Assembly (NCBI RefSeq): GCF_036321535.1
Contig: NC_087458.1
Span: forward strand, 3,100,001-3,164,000
Length of the DNA: 64,000 nucleotides
Source: Camelus dromedarius
Taxonomy: Eukaryota
Direction of reading: 5' to 3'
This document shows, piece after piece, positions 13,844 through 26,454 of this stretch; within the stretch, counting starts at the first letter, position 1, and the number at the start of each line of letters is the position of its first letter. The translations under genes and the position numbers were made by a program. A model generated the notes under the pieces. It worked only from the letters and a program-made list of their open reading frames with translations. It ran no database searches and had not been told where the DNA came from.

Positions 13844-16800
13844 ATGACTCAAGCAGAAATTAAACTGTGTTCTTTGTTGCTGCAAGAGCATTTTGGAGAG
13901 ATTGTAGAAAAAATTGGAGTCCACCTAATCAGAACTGGCAGCCAGCCACTGAGAGTTATTGCCCATGACACAGGGACATCACTGGATCAGGTATGTTTGG
14001 ATCACGTTAATTTGCTTTCATCCCATCAATGTCTTTTACCTATCTTTGAATATTGTTACTCCTCACCCCACAAAATGAAAAGAAGAGAGAAGCCTGCCCT
14101 AGGATCAGAATAAGGTTACTGGGGACAGGGCGAGGCAGTAGGGGGCCCAAGGTTCTGCTTCTGAAAGCGCTCCTGACTCATTGTGGCTTCTGAGGCAACT
14201 CTGAGCTCTTCCTGTGCCACACTTCACTTATTCATACTGCGTCTGTTCATTTCAGTACTACCTTTAAGGAATGCGAATAATAGAGAAGTAAATTGTACTT
14301 TGAAAGGTAAAGATCAGAAGAAATATGAGCATCGTAGGAAGGAATCTTCCTGATTCCTTCCATTGACATGCGATTCTGATCAGCTGTTGCAATGGAGAGA
14401 GGGAAGAGGCACCGAAATTCCAGCCACCTCCTGATGTTTCATAAACTGTTGGAGAGAAATTGCCAGCAATAACGAGGTGCATCTTCAGATATTTCTTCTC
14501 TTTCTTTTGTGTCCTCTCCAGGTAAAAAAGGCCCTTTGTGTCCTTATTCAGCACAACCTGGTGATACATCGAGTGCACAAACGGGGTGTGGTGGAGTATG
14601 AAGCCCAGTGCAGCCGGGTGTTGCGAATGCTTAGGTATCCCAGGTACATCTATACTGCCAAAACACTGTATAGTGACACCGGAGAGCTGCTTGTCGAAGA
14701 GCTGCTGCTGAATGGCAAGATGACAATGTCAGCTGTTGTGAAGAAAGTAGCAGACCGGCTCACAGAGACTATGGAGGGTCAGTACTGCAGCCACGCTGTT
14801 AGCAGAGGCGTAGGTTGGTGGACTGCCGGAGTGGACCCTCAGCTCTCTTAGGTTATCTCACCTGCCTCTTTCCCCCTGCTGTACAGATGGCAAGAACATG
14901 GACTATGCTGAGGTATCCAACACATTTGTGCGACTAGCAGACACACACTTTGTGCAGCGGTGCCCCGTGGTGCCTGCCACTGAGAATTCAGACCCTGGGC
15001 CACCACCGCCTGCCCCTACTCTTGTCATCAGTGAAAAGGACATGTACCTGGTTCCTAAACTAAGCTTGATAGGTAAGCAATTCTGAGCCCTAGAACTATG
15101 ACTCACCCTAATTGTGGATTCTTCCTCAAAGAGTGTTGAATGGATGAATGGATCAATTGAGCAGTTACCAAGGAGTTTTCTCTTCCAGAGATTGTGATGT
15201 AAAGTGATGAAAAAACCATTATGGTCCCTGCCCATATGGGGCTTATGTCTAGAATAGGAGACTTCCATTAATTAGGTAGCGTCATAGATGTACATTACAG
15301 CTAACAAACTGTGGTAAGTACTATGAAGGAAAAGGATGAGGTGTTATGAAAATATGTAACAGGAGGCCAGATTTATGTGGGCGTTTAGGGCACATGCTTC
15401 TTTGAGATAGTGGCATTTGTACTAAGATTTGAAGCAGAGGTAGGAGCCAACCAGTGAGGTAAGGTATGACGGAGGACAGAGGGTAAGCATTTTTGGCAAA
15501 TGGAATAGTGCATAGTAGAAAACAAACAAACAGGATGTTTGAGGAAGTAAAAGAAGATCAGGGTAGTTAAAGCACAGTGAGCAAAGGAAGGAGAGCCATC
15601 AGATAAAGTTAGCAAGATAGGTGGGGGCTAGGTCATGCAGGACCTTATAGAGCATCTGTTCTTTATCCTGAGAGCAAAGGAAAACTCCTAAAGGATTTTA
15701 AAGGAAATGACATGATCTAATTTGCATTTTTAAAAGATTTTTCTGTCTGCAGAAAGGATGGGGCAAAGGTAAATGTAGACATGGAAGGGGTGAGGAAGAC
15801 AGAGAAGTCAAGGATGACATCTATGTGCCACGTATGTGGGAGGGTGATGGTACCATTCACCGTGAAAGGAAGCATTGGAGCAGGAGCAGTTTGAGGGAGA
15901 AAGATTATGAATGTCTTGTTGAACATGTAGAGTTTCAGATGCCTTCACGGTTAACTTGCATTTCTTGTAGCTCCTCGGTCTCCTCACGACTCTAACTTAG
16001 AGGTGACTGCACGTGTCTTTGGGACAGAGACAGCTGCTGTCATGTTCGGTCATTTCCTGTCATCTTATGAGATGTAGCCTAACTCGTTCAACTGTTTACT
16101 TTGGCAGGGAAAGGGAAAAGGAGGAGGTCGTCTGACGAGGATGCTACTGGGGAGCCCAAGGCCAAGAGACCAAAGCACACCTCAGATAACAAGGAGGTAA
16201 TGGGGCTTCCTGATTAGGAGTCCTCACCGTGAGGCGAACCAGAGAGAGCGCTGAGATAACAAGCCCCAGAAGAGCTTGAAGGCTCTTGGGTCGGGAAGTA
16301 GTAGGATTATGAACTTCATCAAATATGGAGTAAACTCCATTGCTGTCTCTCTTCTGAGGTTTAACTTACTTCAGTCATTGGACAGAGGGAGTAGCTTATG
16401 CCAAAAAAGGGCCTAGAAAATGTGTAAATTGTTCAGTCTGGCTAGAACATAGAGACCCATGGTGGCCAGTGGTGACAAATGAGTCTAGAAAGATGTACTT
16501 TGGCCTGAGCTGTCATGTTCAAACGCCTTCCCAGCATCCGTGTAAAGATGGCTAATAAGCATCTGGAAATTAGTATGGCCAAAACGGAGTAACTGGTTTC
16601 CCCTCCCAGACATCTACTCCCCTGACAAGCTTTCCTCGTCTTAGTACGGGACTCCTCCAAGGCCAGCTACCTGGGACACCATTTGCTTAGGACAAAATCC
16701 TGGGAACCATCTTATCTCACAGTAAAACCGTCAGCCCAGTTTCTAAAATTTAATTCAAATCCAACTATTTCTCACCGTTTCCACTGCTGTCATCCTCTCC

Positions 16801-19800
16801 AAACCACTACCGCTCTAGTCAGTGCTTTGCCAGTACTCTCCTAAGTGGCCTCCCTACAGGCATTCTCACCTACTTGAGAACCAAAATGACTCTCTAAATT
16901 GTTCTTTTTAAAAAAGCCCAGTACTTCAGTGATTTAGACTCCTTTAATAGCTTCCCATTACTCTCAGAAGAAATCCAAGTCTTTACTGTGGATTATTAAG
17001 CCTTATATGAGCTGGGTCTTTACGTGGTCTGATGGGGACAAGGCTCTCCAGACTCAGCTCTCTCTCCTCTTCCTCTCATTCACTGTGTTCCAGCTTCTGC
17101 CTTTCTTTCTGTCCCTCAAACATGTCACACCCCTTCCAGTCTTCAGGCTTTTGCCTGTAGTATTCCTTCTGCTTCACGTGCTTTTCCCTCAGATCTTCAT
17201 GTAGTTTCCTCTTTTTTATTGTTCAAATCTCAGCTCAAATGCTGTTTTCTTAGAGCTCAAGCATCATTGCCCACCCTCCACTCCAGTCTCTACCACACTT
17301 TCCCATTTCATCTGCACAGCACTTGTAAGATCTGAAGTTATTTAGTACTACTCCCAAAAGACTGGAAACTCTTTGAGGATAGTATCTTATCCCTGGCACC
17401 TGGAATTCTAGCAAGACATCAATAAATATTTCTTGATTGACTAAGAGGTTTGGACTTCATCCTGAAGGCAAGGGGCTGGCACTGATGAATTTTAGGCAGG
17501 GGGACGAAGTGGCTAGATTTACATTTTAGCAATATTACCATAGTACCATGGTTCAGAGCTTGTGCACCTCCATGGATGCCGTTCAGAGAGTCCACCTGTA
17601 GTTGTGCACATGTGCATTCTCTGTGAGAAATGGGGAGAACGATGCAAAAGGTACAAAATTAAAAGCAACAAACCCAGTTACCCTTTTTATAGTGTCCACT
17701 ATATTAAAAAGAAAAATGAAAACCAGTTAGGAGGCTATTGTAATCTGCGTGAGCCAAGATTAGAGCCTGAAATAAGGTAATGACAGTCTGATAAATATAA
17801 AGAACACATAGAACTTGGTAATTGGATAGTAGATGAGGGAGAGCAGGGATTAGGGATGATATTCAAGTTTCTAGCTTGAGAAATTGGGTTGGTTGTAGTG
17901 TAGTTAGCTAAAAACTTAAAAAGAACATTTTTGAGGAACTAGTGGAAAGTGTCAAGTAGGCAGTTGAGTCTGTGCATCTGGAGCTTAATAGAGAGTTCTA
18001 GAACTAAGTAGCTGATTTGGAAGTACATCAATAGCTGAAGTGTTAAGAGCAGATAAAATCACCTTAATGGAATATGTAGAGTGAAAAGAAAAGAGGGCTA
18101 TGGCCCGATCCCCGGGGAACACCAGCATTTATAGGTGAGATCTGGAAGAGGAGTCTGTGGGGACTGAGGAAGGGTAACAGAATGGTTAGGAGGCACACCA
18201 AGAAAGAATGGTGTCATAAAGTCCAAGGGGCCATATAGAGTTAAGAAGGAGAAAATGTCCAACCATGTCATATGCTTCAGAAAGATCAGATAAGATTGGA
18301 ACTGGACATTATTCTTTGAACTTAGCAATAGTTCCTCAGGAACTTTGTCATTTCAGCATAATGGTGGAAATGGGTTGAGTAAATCTGTGGTTGGGGATAT
18401 AGCTGGGATGACCAACTCTTTGAGAAGCTCAGCTGTGACAGAAAGGAAAAGGAAGGAAGGCGCAGTTCTCAAAGGAGAACTCTTTTAGGGTAGAAGAGAT
18501 TTGGACAAGGTCAGCGCTGACAGGAAGAAGCCAGTAAAGAGAGGCTAAAGATTTAGAGGAGAGAGGGGAGACTGACCTGAGTCCCTGAGAATGCAGGAGA
18601 GGGTGAGATCTAGCACCCCCGTATGGGCATTGATCTTAGGTAAAAGGAGGGACATTGTTCCACTGTGATAAAAGTAGGTAAAAACACAGATTTTTAAAAA
18701 AGAAACAAATGTTGTGGGGATGTGTTCACCACATTGGATGAATTCTGACCTAATGGCTTCTCTTTGCTCTCTGAAAGAAAAAGCAAGGTCATCTGCTGAG
18801 TGAGAAGGGAAGGGCAAATGGGAGATTTGAAGATACTGGAGATGAGATAAAGTAGAGAAGGACTGGAGGTTCAGTCTTAAAGATTGCAGCTTCAAGAATC
18901 TGTTTGGGTCGCTCTCTCTCTTGCCTGAGACAACCCCCATGCTGTCTATGGAGTGTGTTATCTACCTTTACTTTAACTTCCCCCACCCCCCACCCTCCCC
19001 ATCCCCACCCCCATGTACATCTCTCTAAATAAATCTTTCACTCAAAAAAAAGAAAAAAAGAATCAGTCTGAAGTTGGGGGCTGTGAATTTGTCATTTTCC
19101 AGGTACCAATCCACATGACTGATTTTCCTCCAACCAATTTAGTTTCTACTGTATGGGAAAAGAAATGGTGAACAGTCAAATCCAAGCTCCTCGTTAGAAA
19201 ACTTCACTGTATCTAAATGTTTCTCTCTAATCCCTTTCTCCTCCTCAGCCCATTCCAGATGATGGGATTTACTGGCAGGCCAACCTTGACAGATTCCACC
19301 AGCATTTCCGTGACCAAGCCATTGTCAGTGCAGTTGCCAACAGGATGGACCAGGTGATAGCCAAGTGGGTGGGACAGTGGCTGTGAAGAACATCCGCTTT
19401 GCCAGTACAGCAGCGTGAGTTCTGAACTCCAGTTCACTTTTCAAACCCAGACTAGCAGCGAGATCGTGCGGACCATGCTCCGGATGAGTGAGATCACCAC
19501 TTCCTCTAGTGCCCCCTTCACCCAGCCATTGTCTTCCAATGAGGTGAGCTTCACCTTCTGTCCTGGTTCTCTACGGCCTCTGGGATGTTATCATCATTCT
19601 ACATGGAGCCCGGGAGCAGGTTGAGGTCTGAGCCTTGAAAGAAAGGGTTTTTGCTGTTTGAGGTGGGACAGGCGTTACCTTCAGGTGGTAGGTACTGAAA
19701 TATTTGGTCTCCTGGGAATCCAGCCTTTAGAAACCTAAACCATTATCTTAGTCAAAGAACAAATTACTCTTAACTGTTCTAAGAATCCACTATTTGGAAT

Positions 19801-22800
19801 CTGAGCCTTAGTGCTCAGGACATTATTTGGGCCCTTATATTTGTTTTTTTCAATATGTTTTGTATATTTTAAGTTTGTTTTAAATATGTTTCTTAAAATA
19901 TTAATACTTAATATAGCAATGTTTTATCTATATTCTGTTACTTTTGTAATTATACTAATTATTCATATTAAATATGGTTACTATATTTTTATAGTCTTTA
20001 TTTTAAATTTTTTTAACTTATATAACAAAAATTTAAATACAAGGGTTTTTTTCTGATGACAAAAGTAATTATGTGATCTATATTCAAACAGCATAGAAAT
20101 GTATAATTTTTTGAAAGTTGCAGTCCCCAGACTTTCAGGAATGAAGGACACGTTCTTTATCTTGTAGGTGAGAGTTACGTGGGTGTATACAATTGTCAGC
20201 TCATCAAACTGAACCCTTAAGATCTGTGCTTCTTATTGTATGTAACATACCCCAGTTTAAATGTATGTATAATTTTGTGTAATCCCAGCCCCAGAGATCC
20301 TTGTCAATAGTTTGGTGCATCTCTTTATTCAGACTTTTATGTAGAGTCTCACAAAAATGTAGGTATATGTATATTTTTAACTGAAAAAAAAATGGGATTG
20401 TATGCTACACAGTGTTCTAAACTCACTTTTTTCATATGGTAGTATATGTACACCTTCTTTTCATGTCAATATTTTTAGATCTACCTCATTCTTTATTTTT
20501 CATGTCAAATTTTATATTTCAAATTCAGCCTCATTCTTAATAAAACATCTTTTTCACATATAAATTTTTATCGAAGTATAGTCAGTTTACAATGTTGTTT
20601 TCTTTATATATATATATATATTTTTTTTTAATCGAAGTGTATAATAAAACATCTTTATTTCAGCAATGTCAGCAAATCTAAGTTCCCAAACCCATTGTCC
20701 CTGTCTCTCTTGTTCCATAGANNNNNNNNNNNNNNNNNNNNNNNNNNNNNNNNNNNNNNNNNNNNNNNNNNNNNNNNNNNNNNNNNNNNNNNNNNNNNNN
20801 NNNNNNNNNNNNNNNNNNNNNNNNNNNNNNNNNNNNNNNNNNNNNNNNNNATTTCTGCCACTGACACCTATTATCATTCTTCTGTAGCCTCATTCTCTAT
20901 CTAGCCAGCTCAGACAGTTTCTCTACCGTCATCTGATAGGGCTACCTGCTCCATACTCTTGGACAGATTTGCTCTGTTGGAAACAGAATCACTGGACTTG
21001 CCATTCGGATGACACGTGCTCCCTTTTTTTTTTTTTTTTTTAATAGCTAGAGTTTGTTGGAAAGTCTGGCGACAGCGGTGGAGGAATGTATGTCATCAGT
21101 ATCCTTACTGGTGGTTATTTCCTTTCAGTCAGGCAGCCTGACCTATAAAACAGGACGGTGATTTATAAAAGAAATGATTTGATGATATTTAGTACACTAA
21201 GTAAGGTAGAATATTGAACAAAAACATTGATAATAGAGAAGTAAAAGGGACTTTTAACTAACCAAGTTTTAGTTAAGCAAAACCCTGATTTAAATATCCT
21301 AGTTAATTAAGGTTTTGAAATACATATCATAAATGAGACCGATGTGAAAAACAAAATAGTATTTAAATTTTAAAGACTTAGGAATAAAACTAAGATCGCA
21401 ATGACCAGGCCAAAACATTACTGAGCGACCTTGACCCTTGGCATGAAGACCTACACAAGGCTCTAGGCTGCCTATCCACCGCCAGCCTGGAGTCCGTGGT
21501 GCAGGAGAGGTAAGGGGGTCACCCCGATTGGTGCTGGGGGTCAGACACTTCCTCTTCACGCCCCATTTGAACAGGTGGTTTGATCTTTATGTCACACGCC
21601 TTGGCACATCTAGCCCCATTTTTCCACTGAACTGATCCGGTCTACTATTGCCCTTTACCGTAAATACTCTACTGCTCAGTTCCCAGTGACGCCAGCCCCT
21701 TAAAGCCGTTACTTACAGATGCAGGAGCTGAAGCATTTAAGTGAGTCAGCAGTTTGTGGCTCTCCTATGATCAGCTGTACCATCGTCAAATTGTGGAGTT
21801 ATGAGAGAATTCTCTCAGCACCGTTCCTTTCTGGTCCTGGCTCCACACTTGGAAACCGAACAACCACCATCTGTGACTAAGAGCTAAAGCTAATCTGTGT
21901 TGGCATGCCTTTTGCTTTCTTCATTCCTTTCCAGATTTGGGTCTCGCTGTGCCAGAATATTCCGTCTCGTTTTGCAAAAGAAACACCTGGAACAGAAGCA
22001 GGTAGAAGACTTTGCAATGATTCCAGCAAAAGAGGCAAAAGATATGCTTTATAAGATGCTCTCAGAAAATTTCATATCACTCCAGGTAACAATAACCACC
22101 AGCCAGCAGAGCTGACCTAGGGTGAGAGAAATTCCTGAAGCAAAGATCCTGAACCCCAAGGAAACTCCGTATCCAGCGCTGAGATAGAGGGAAAAAAAGA
22201 TTAACAAAGACATAGCAAGCACTTGAAAGATAATTGTGGCACTTCAACTGGCCTAGTGAAAAAGAGGCACAGCCAGGAAATCAGCCCAGAATCACCTTAC
22301 CCTTTCTTCTTTAGTTCTAAGCCCCTTTCCTCGAGCTTTAACTTTATTATAGATTAAATCCATCAGTGGCATCTATTGGATCCTCACTATCTGCAGAGCC
22401 ATGTGTATACCCTATGAGGGAACAGACAGAATGGATTTTGGAGTCAGAGTCACAGCTCTGCCTCTTAGTACAGTTACACTGAGCAAATTGCCTACCATCT
22501 TTTTTCCCCATCTACAGAGTGGTGATGGATGGTGGTAACAGAAGAAATCCGGTTTGTTATAAAGATCAAATACCATCTACCGGGCACATGAGAGTTGCTC
22601 AGTACATGTTAAGTGCCTCTTCTTTCTTCCCCACTCAGGACATTGACAGTCAAATGGGAAAAACAGGGCAGCCCAGCTCTCCGTGGGGCTGATTATGCCC
22701 TGGACACAGATGCTGTACTGACTGGGGAAGAGGAAAGTATAAGTGAAAGAGAAGGCTGAGTAGCTCCAGATGGGACAGGTGTTTGCTTTGCCAGTTCTGA

Positions 22801-25551
22801 AGAAAAGCTTAATTTCTCTTATTTTTCTTTCTATGGACAAATAGGAAATCCCCAAAACGCCAGACCATGCCCCATCCAGGACCTTCTATTTATATACTGT
22901 GAACATCCCGTCGGCTGCCCGAATGTTGCTGCACAGGTGCTACAAGGTGACTCCCGCTGGCCTTTCCCCCCTTGCCCTCCGTGGAGGTGTTTCACCCTCG
23001 TGCCCCCGTTAGCCATTTTACCTGAGCTACTTCAATAGAACTCTGTGCATTTCTTGTTTTCTCTCCCCTCAGAGCGTAGCCAACTTGATAGAAAGGAGGC
23101 AATTTGAAACCAAAGAAAACAAGTGAGTAGCATCTTCAGTTGAGTAATTAAGTTTTTCAGCGTCAGAAGTCTTGAGGGGAAATTTCCTATAGAAATGGAA
23201 ACCAAAAGAGACAGTAACCAATCTGGTTGTCCTGAATTATTGGGTTAGGTTGGCACAAATCACCCAGGAGTATATGTTTTTCTGTTATATTCCCAGTGAA
23301 ATAATTTTGCAGATTAAATTTATGAGAAATGTACAAACTGGCACCAGAGTTTAAGTACAAATGAGAAGCAGTGAGAGTTTCAGGAGTGAAGTTACATTTC
23401 CTTTTTACTTTCTTTCCTTTTTTTTTTTTGCAGGGGGCGGGGGATCAAACCATTAACCATTTTATTTGGGAGCTTCAGGGGAGGGTCAAAGGGCTGGGGG
23501 GACAGTTAGATCCTACGTCCTCGTCCCAGCTGGGATCTCCCTAGCTTCACAGTCACTGAAAAGCTGAAGTCTCATTTCTAACTAAGCTTGTAGAAAACGT
23601 CCTCAGAAAATGACATTATCCATTTTGACCAGGAACATGCTCACTGGGGGAGTTACGCCCCAGGGCTACAGGATAAAAGAATCTCCAAGGCTAGGGACAC
23701 GCCTCAGAGTTGTGTTTGTCTGACAGGCGGCTACTAGAAAAGTCTCAGAGGGTAGAAGCCATCATTGCGTCCATGCAGGCCACAGGTGCAGAGGAGGCCC
23801 AGCTGCAGGAGATAGAGGAGATGATCACAGCCCCTGAGCGCCAGCAGCTGGAGACCCTGAAACGTAACGTCAACAAGTAAGCAGCATCACCCTTCACCCT
23901 CCAACCTGTGTTTCAAAATACATTCCGAACAAACCCACCTCCATTTCCTGCTACCCCTCCAGCTTAACATGAGCAAACCTAAACTCACTGTCTTCTTCCC
24001 CAGCTCAGTTAACAGAATTCAGTCGACCCATTTTCCTAAGCTAAAAACTCTGAGGACATTCCCAGCTTCTCCTCCCTCACCACACAGCTCTCTCGTTCAC
24101 CAAGGCTGCATTACTTCAGGAATGTGTCTCAGATGTGGCCTTTCGTCTGCTCCTCACGCAGACCTTCATCACCTCTTCGACCTTGACGATCACCTCCCTC
24201 TTCAAACCATTTCTTCTAATGCTCTCAAAGTTAGTGTCTTTAAAGTGATTGATAATATCACTCTTCTAGTCTAAATGCTTATTGGCTCCTTGTTTTTAAT
24301 ATAGAGACCAGACTCTTTGGCATAACACCTAAGGCCTTCCACAGTCTCATACATAGCAGCCTGTCTCTTCATCTTCAGTTCCTTGGCCTTCACCACTGGC
24401 CTTCAGAGGGATTGCTTTGNNNNNNNNNNNNNNNNNNNNNNNNNNNNNNNNNNNNNNNNNNNNNNNNNNNNNNNNNNNNNNNNNNNNNNNNNNNNNNNNN
24501 NNNNNNNNNNNNNNNNNNNNNNNNNNNNNNNNNNNNNNNNNNNNNNNNNNNNNNNNNNNNNNNNNNNNNNNNNNNNNNNNNNNNNNNNNNNNNNNNNNNN
24601 NNNNTGATGCTTTTTTAGTGTTCTCTCAATTTCATTTTGGGGGGGTGCAGGGGAAGTAATTAGGTTTATTTATTTATTTTTAGAGGAGGTGCTGGGGATT
24701 GAACTCAGGACCTCCTGCATGCTAAGCATGCCCTCTACCACTTCAGCTATACCCTTCTCACCCCAAAATTAATTTCATTTTTGAATTCTTCATTGCCAGT
24801 GTATAGAAATGGAACTGATTTTTGTGTTTTGATGTTATATCCTACAATTTTGTTAAATTCATTTATTACAGGATCATGTCATCTGTGAATTAGAAATAGC
24901 TTTACTTCTTCCCTTTCAATCTGGATGCCTTTTATTTCTTTTTCTTGCCTAAATTCCAGGCTAGAACTTCCAGTAAAAGGTTGAATGGAAGTAAAAAGCA
25001 CACATCCTTGTCTTGTTCCTAATCACAGAGGGAAAGATTTCCGTCTTTCACCATTAAGCATGGTGTTAGCTGTGGGTTTTTCATAGATGGCTTCTATCAG
25101 GTTGATGAAGTTCCCTTCTATTCCTAATCACCTTAAGCCTCAGCCGCTCTCAGCTTCTATTGTAAGACACACCAGGGCCTTTTACACCTGTGCCTTTAAC
25201 ATGTACTATCTTTCTCCTCGTTGCAAGTTAGACTGTAACCTCTCCTGGGACAGAGGCTTTATCTTTTGAATCCTTGGCAATTTCCGCAGTGTCTTGCGTA
25301 TAAGAGATGTTCAGTAAATGGGAGAATGATCTATTGGTTCTCCTGCTTTCCACCCAGTACTCTCAAGGGTAGCCAAGCAGTTCCCCATGGCCACACCCAG
25401 TCCAGCCTGTAATCCTAGATATGCTAATGAATATTCAGTCTAAGCAAATGCTTTTACCTTTTCACTCAGGTTGGATGCCTGTGAGATCCAGGTGGATGAA
25501 ACCATCTTCCTGCTGGAGTCATACATCGAGAGCACCCTGAAGAGACAATGA
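13844..25551 (+). CDS. POLR3C: RNA polymerase III subunit C (RPC62/RPC3), 534 aa
   Basis: Coding exons: 13844-13990, 14522-14777, 14887-15072, 16108-16196, 19249-19353, 19451-19543, [20721-~20801 in N gap], 21047-21098, 21449-21509, 21935-22085, 22845-22946, 23073-23122, 23727-23876, 25470-25551 (TGA). All visible junctions are GT-AG with consistent phase. Protein runs MTQAEIKLCSLLLQEHFGEIVEK...ESYIESTLKRQ*. AATAAA at 26032-26037. Confidence 0.97.
15250..15960 (-). mobile_element. L2 LINE fragment
   Basis: Purine-rich antisense L2-like text (gtcatgcaggaccttatag...ctttatcctgagagcaaaggaaaac...aaggatttt). Boundaries approximate. Confidence 0.6.
16440..17440 (+). mobile_element. L2 LINE fragment with 3' end
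   Basis: Pyrimidine-rich L2 body ending gactggaaactctttgagga...caataaatatttcttgattgact. Confidence 0.65.
17440..18890 (-). mobile_element. L2 LINE fragments (antisense)
   Basis: L2-like motifs such as gtcaagtaggcagttg, tctggagct and gagaagctcagctgtg. Boundaries approximate. Confidence 0.55.
18901..19057 (+). mobile_element. Polyadenylated ERV1-like LTR 3' fragment inserted by L1 machinery (TSD AAGAATC)
   Basis: LTR-like text gctgtctatggagtgtg...ctctctaAATAAAtctttcactc, then an A-tail. TSD at 18894-18900 and 19058-19064. The LTR family call comes from motif resemblance only. Confidence 0.6.
19825..20050. repeat. AT-rich low-complexity tract
   Basis: Almost entirely A/T over about 220 bp in POLR3C intron 7. 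Confidence 0.7.
21099..21448 (+). other. POLR3C: U12-type (minor spliceosome) GT-AG intron of POLR3C
   Basis: Donor |GTATCCTT, branch site CCTTGAC at 21429-21435 just upstream of the AG, and no polypyrimidine tract. Confidence 0.92.
22425..22570 (+). mobile_element. MIR SINE
   Basis: ttttggagtcagagtcacagctctgcctctt...ccccatctacagagtggtgat resembles the MIR core. Confidence 0.55.
24639..24770 (-). mobile_element. Vic-1-type camelid tRNA-derived SINE with 11-bp TSD
   Basis: Reverse complement GGGTATAGCTGAAGTGGTAGAGGGCATGCTTAGCATGCAGGAGGTCCTGAGTTCAATCCCCAGCACCTCC...AAATAAATAAACCTAATTACTTCCCC contains Pol III A and B boxes. TSD AATTTCATTTT at 24628-24638 and 24771-24781. Confidence 0.88.
24782..25130 (-). 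mobile_element. L1 ORF2 reverse-transcriptase fragment (degenerate)
   Basis: Minus strand reads LGIEGNFINLIEAIYEKPTAN...GTRQG...KEIKGIQI...FTDDMI with stops and frameshifts. Continues leftwards past the SINE and the N gap 24420-24604. Confidence 0.8.
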
Positions 25552-26454
25552 CTCAGACAATGACTCTTTTAAGAAGAGTCTCCCTTAAAAGATCTGAGGG
25601 GATTGGAAGGAAAAATAAAGGAGGTGCCTGGATGCATGCTGTGCAGTGGGATAAGTTGCAGATTCTTGTTCTGAAACCCCTTCTCTATCCCTTCCACCCA
25701 GAATACACCAGAAAGAGTTTAACGTATTGTTTTAAGTTTGCTGATCCTGTTTTAGACCTATCACTATATTCCCCCCTCGTCAGATGTTAGCAGGGGAAAG
25801 AACTTAAGTCAACTGTATTAATCATCTAACAGATGCATCAGTTCCCACCAAGAAATCAGCTAAGGCTGTGTTTGAACATCCCTGACAATGAAAGAAGTTT
25901 CTTCTTTCTGTTCCAGAATGTTCATTCCATTTTCTAAAGGCAACACCTGTTTTCTTTACTTTGTGAAACTGTAATCTTAAACACATACACACACACAGTG
26001 TAGAGAACGTGGAAGGCTCCCACAGAGGGGGAATAAAATATTTTCAGGGCCAACAGGTGGATTGGCCCAAGGAGTCACACTAGAACCTATGGGTGAAAGT
26101 CACATTTGCCAGCTCCAGGCTTCTAGCATATCTGAAATTATGTATGTAAAACACTTAGCACAATGCCTGGCATGTGGTAAGCACCCAAATCACTGCCTTC
26201 CTCTTCACCGTAGTTCCTAGAAAGTGGCAATTCTGACTTCTCTCTCTCTCAGTACCATGGATAGGTGACTAATCTAGTTGATATAATTTATATGAGCAGC
26301 TTCATTTCATTTAAAGCAGTTAGGTCTCATTTTATATATAATCTCCTCAGTTTCCTCTTACCAGTGTTCTAATTCATTAAACATTTGAATCTCAGTTAAT
26401 CGCCAACCACTATACTAGAAATAATGTACAGAGATAAGTACAATACCATCTCTG

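Noticed and set aside
14513-14530. POLR3C exon 3 starts CAG|GTAAAA, resembling a recursive splice site
   Set aside because: The introns are short, the GTA is a conserved Val codon, and AG|GT exon starts are common.
24383-24659. ORF-track entries made of X residues here and at 20587-20904, 33545-33790 and 38690-39097
   Set aside because: Artefacts of translating through N gaps.
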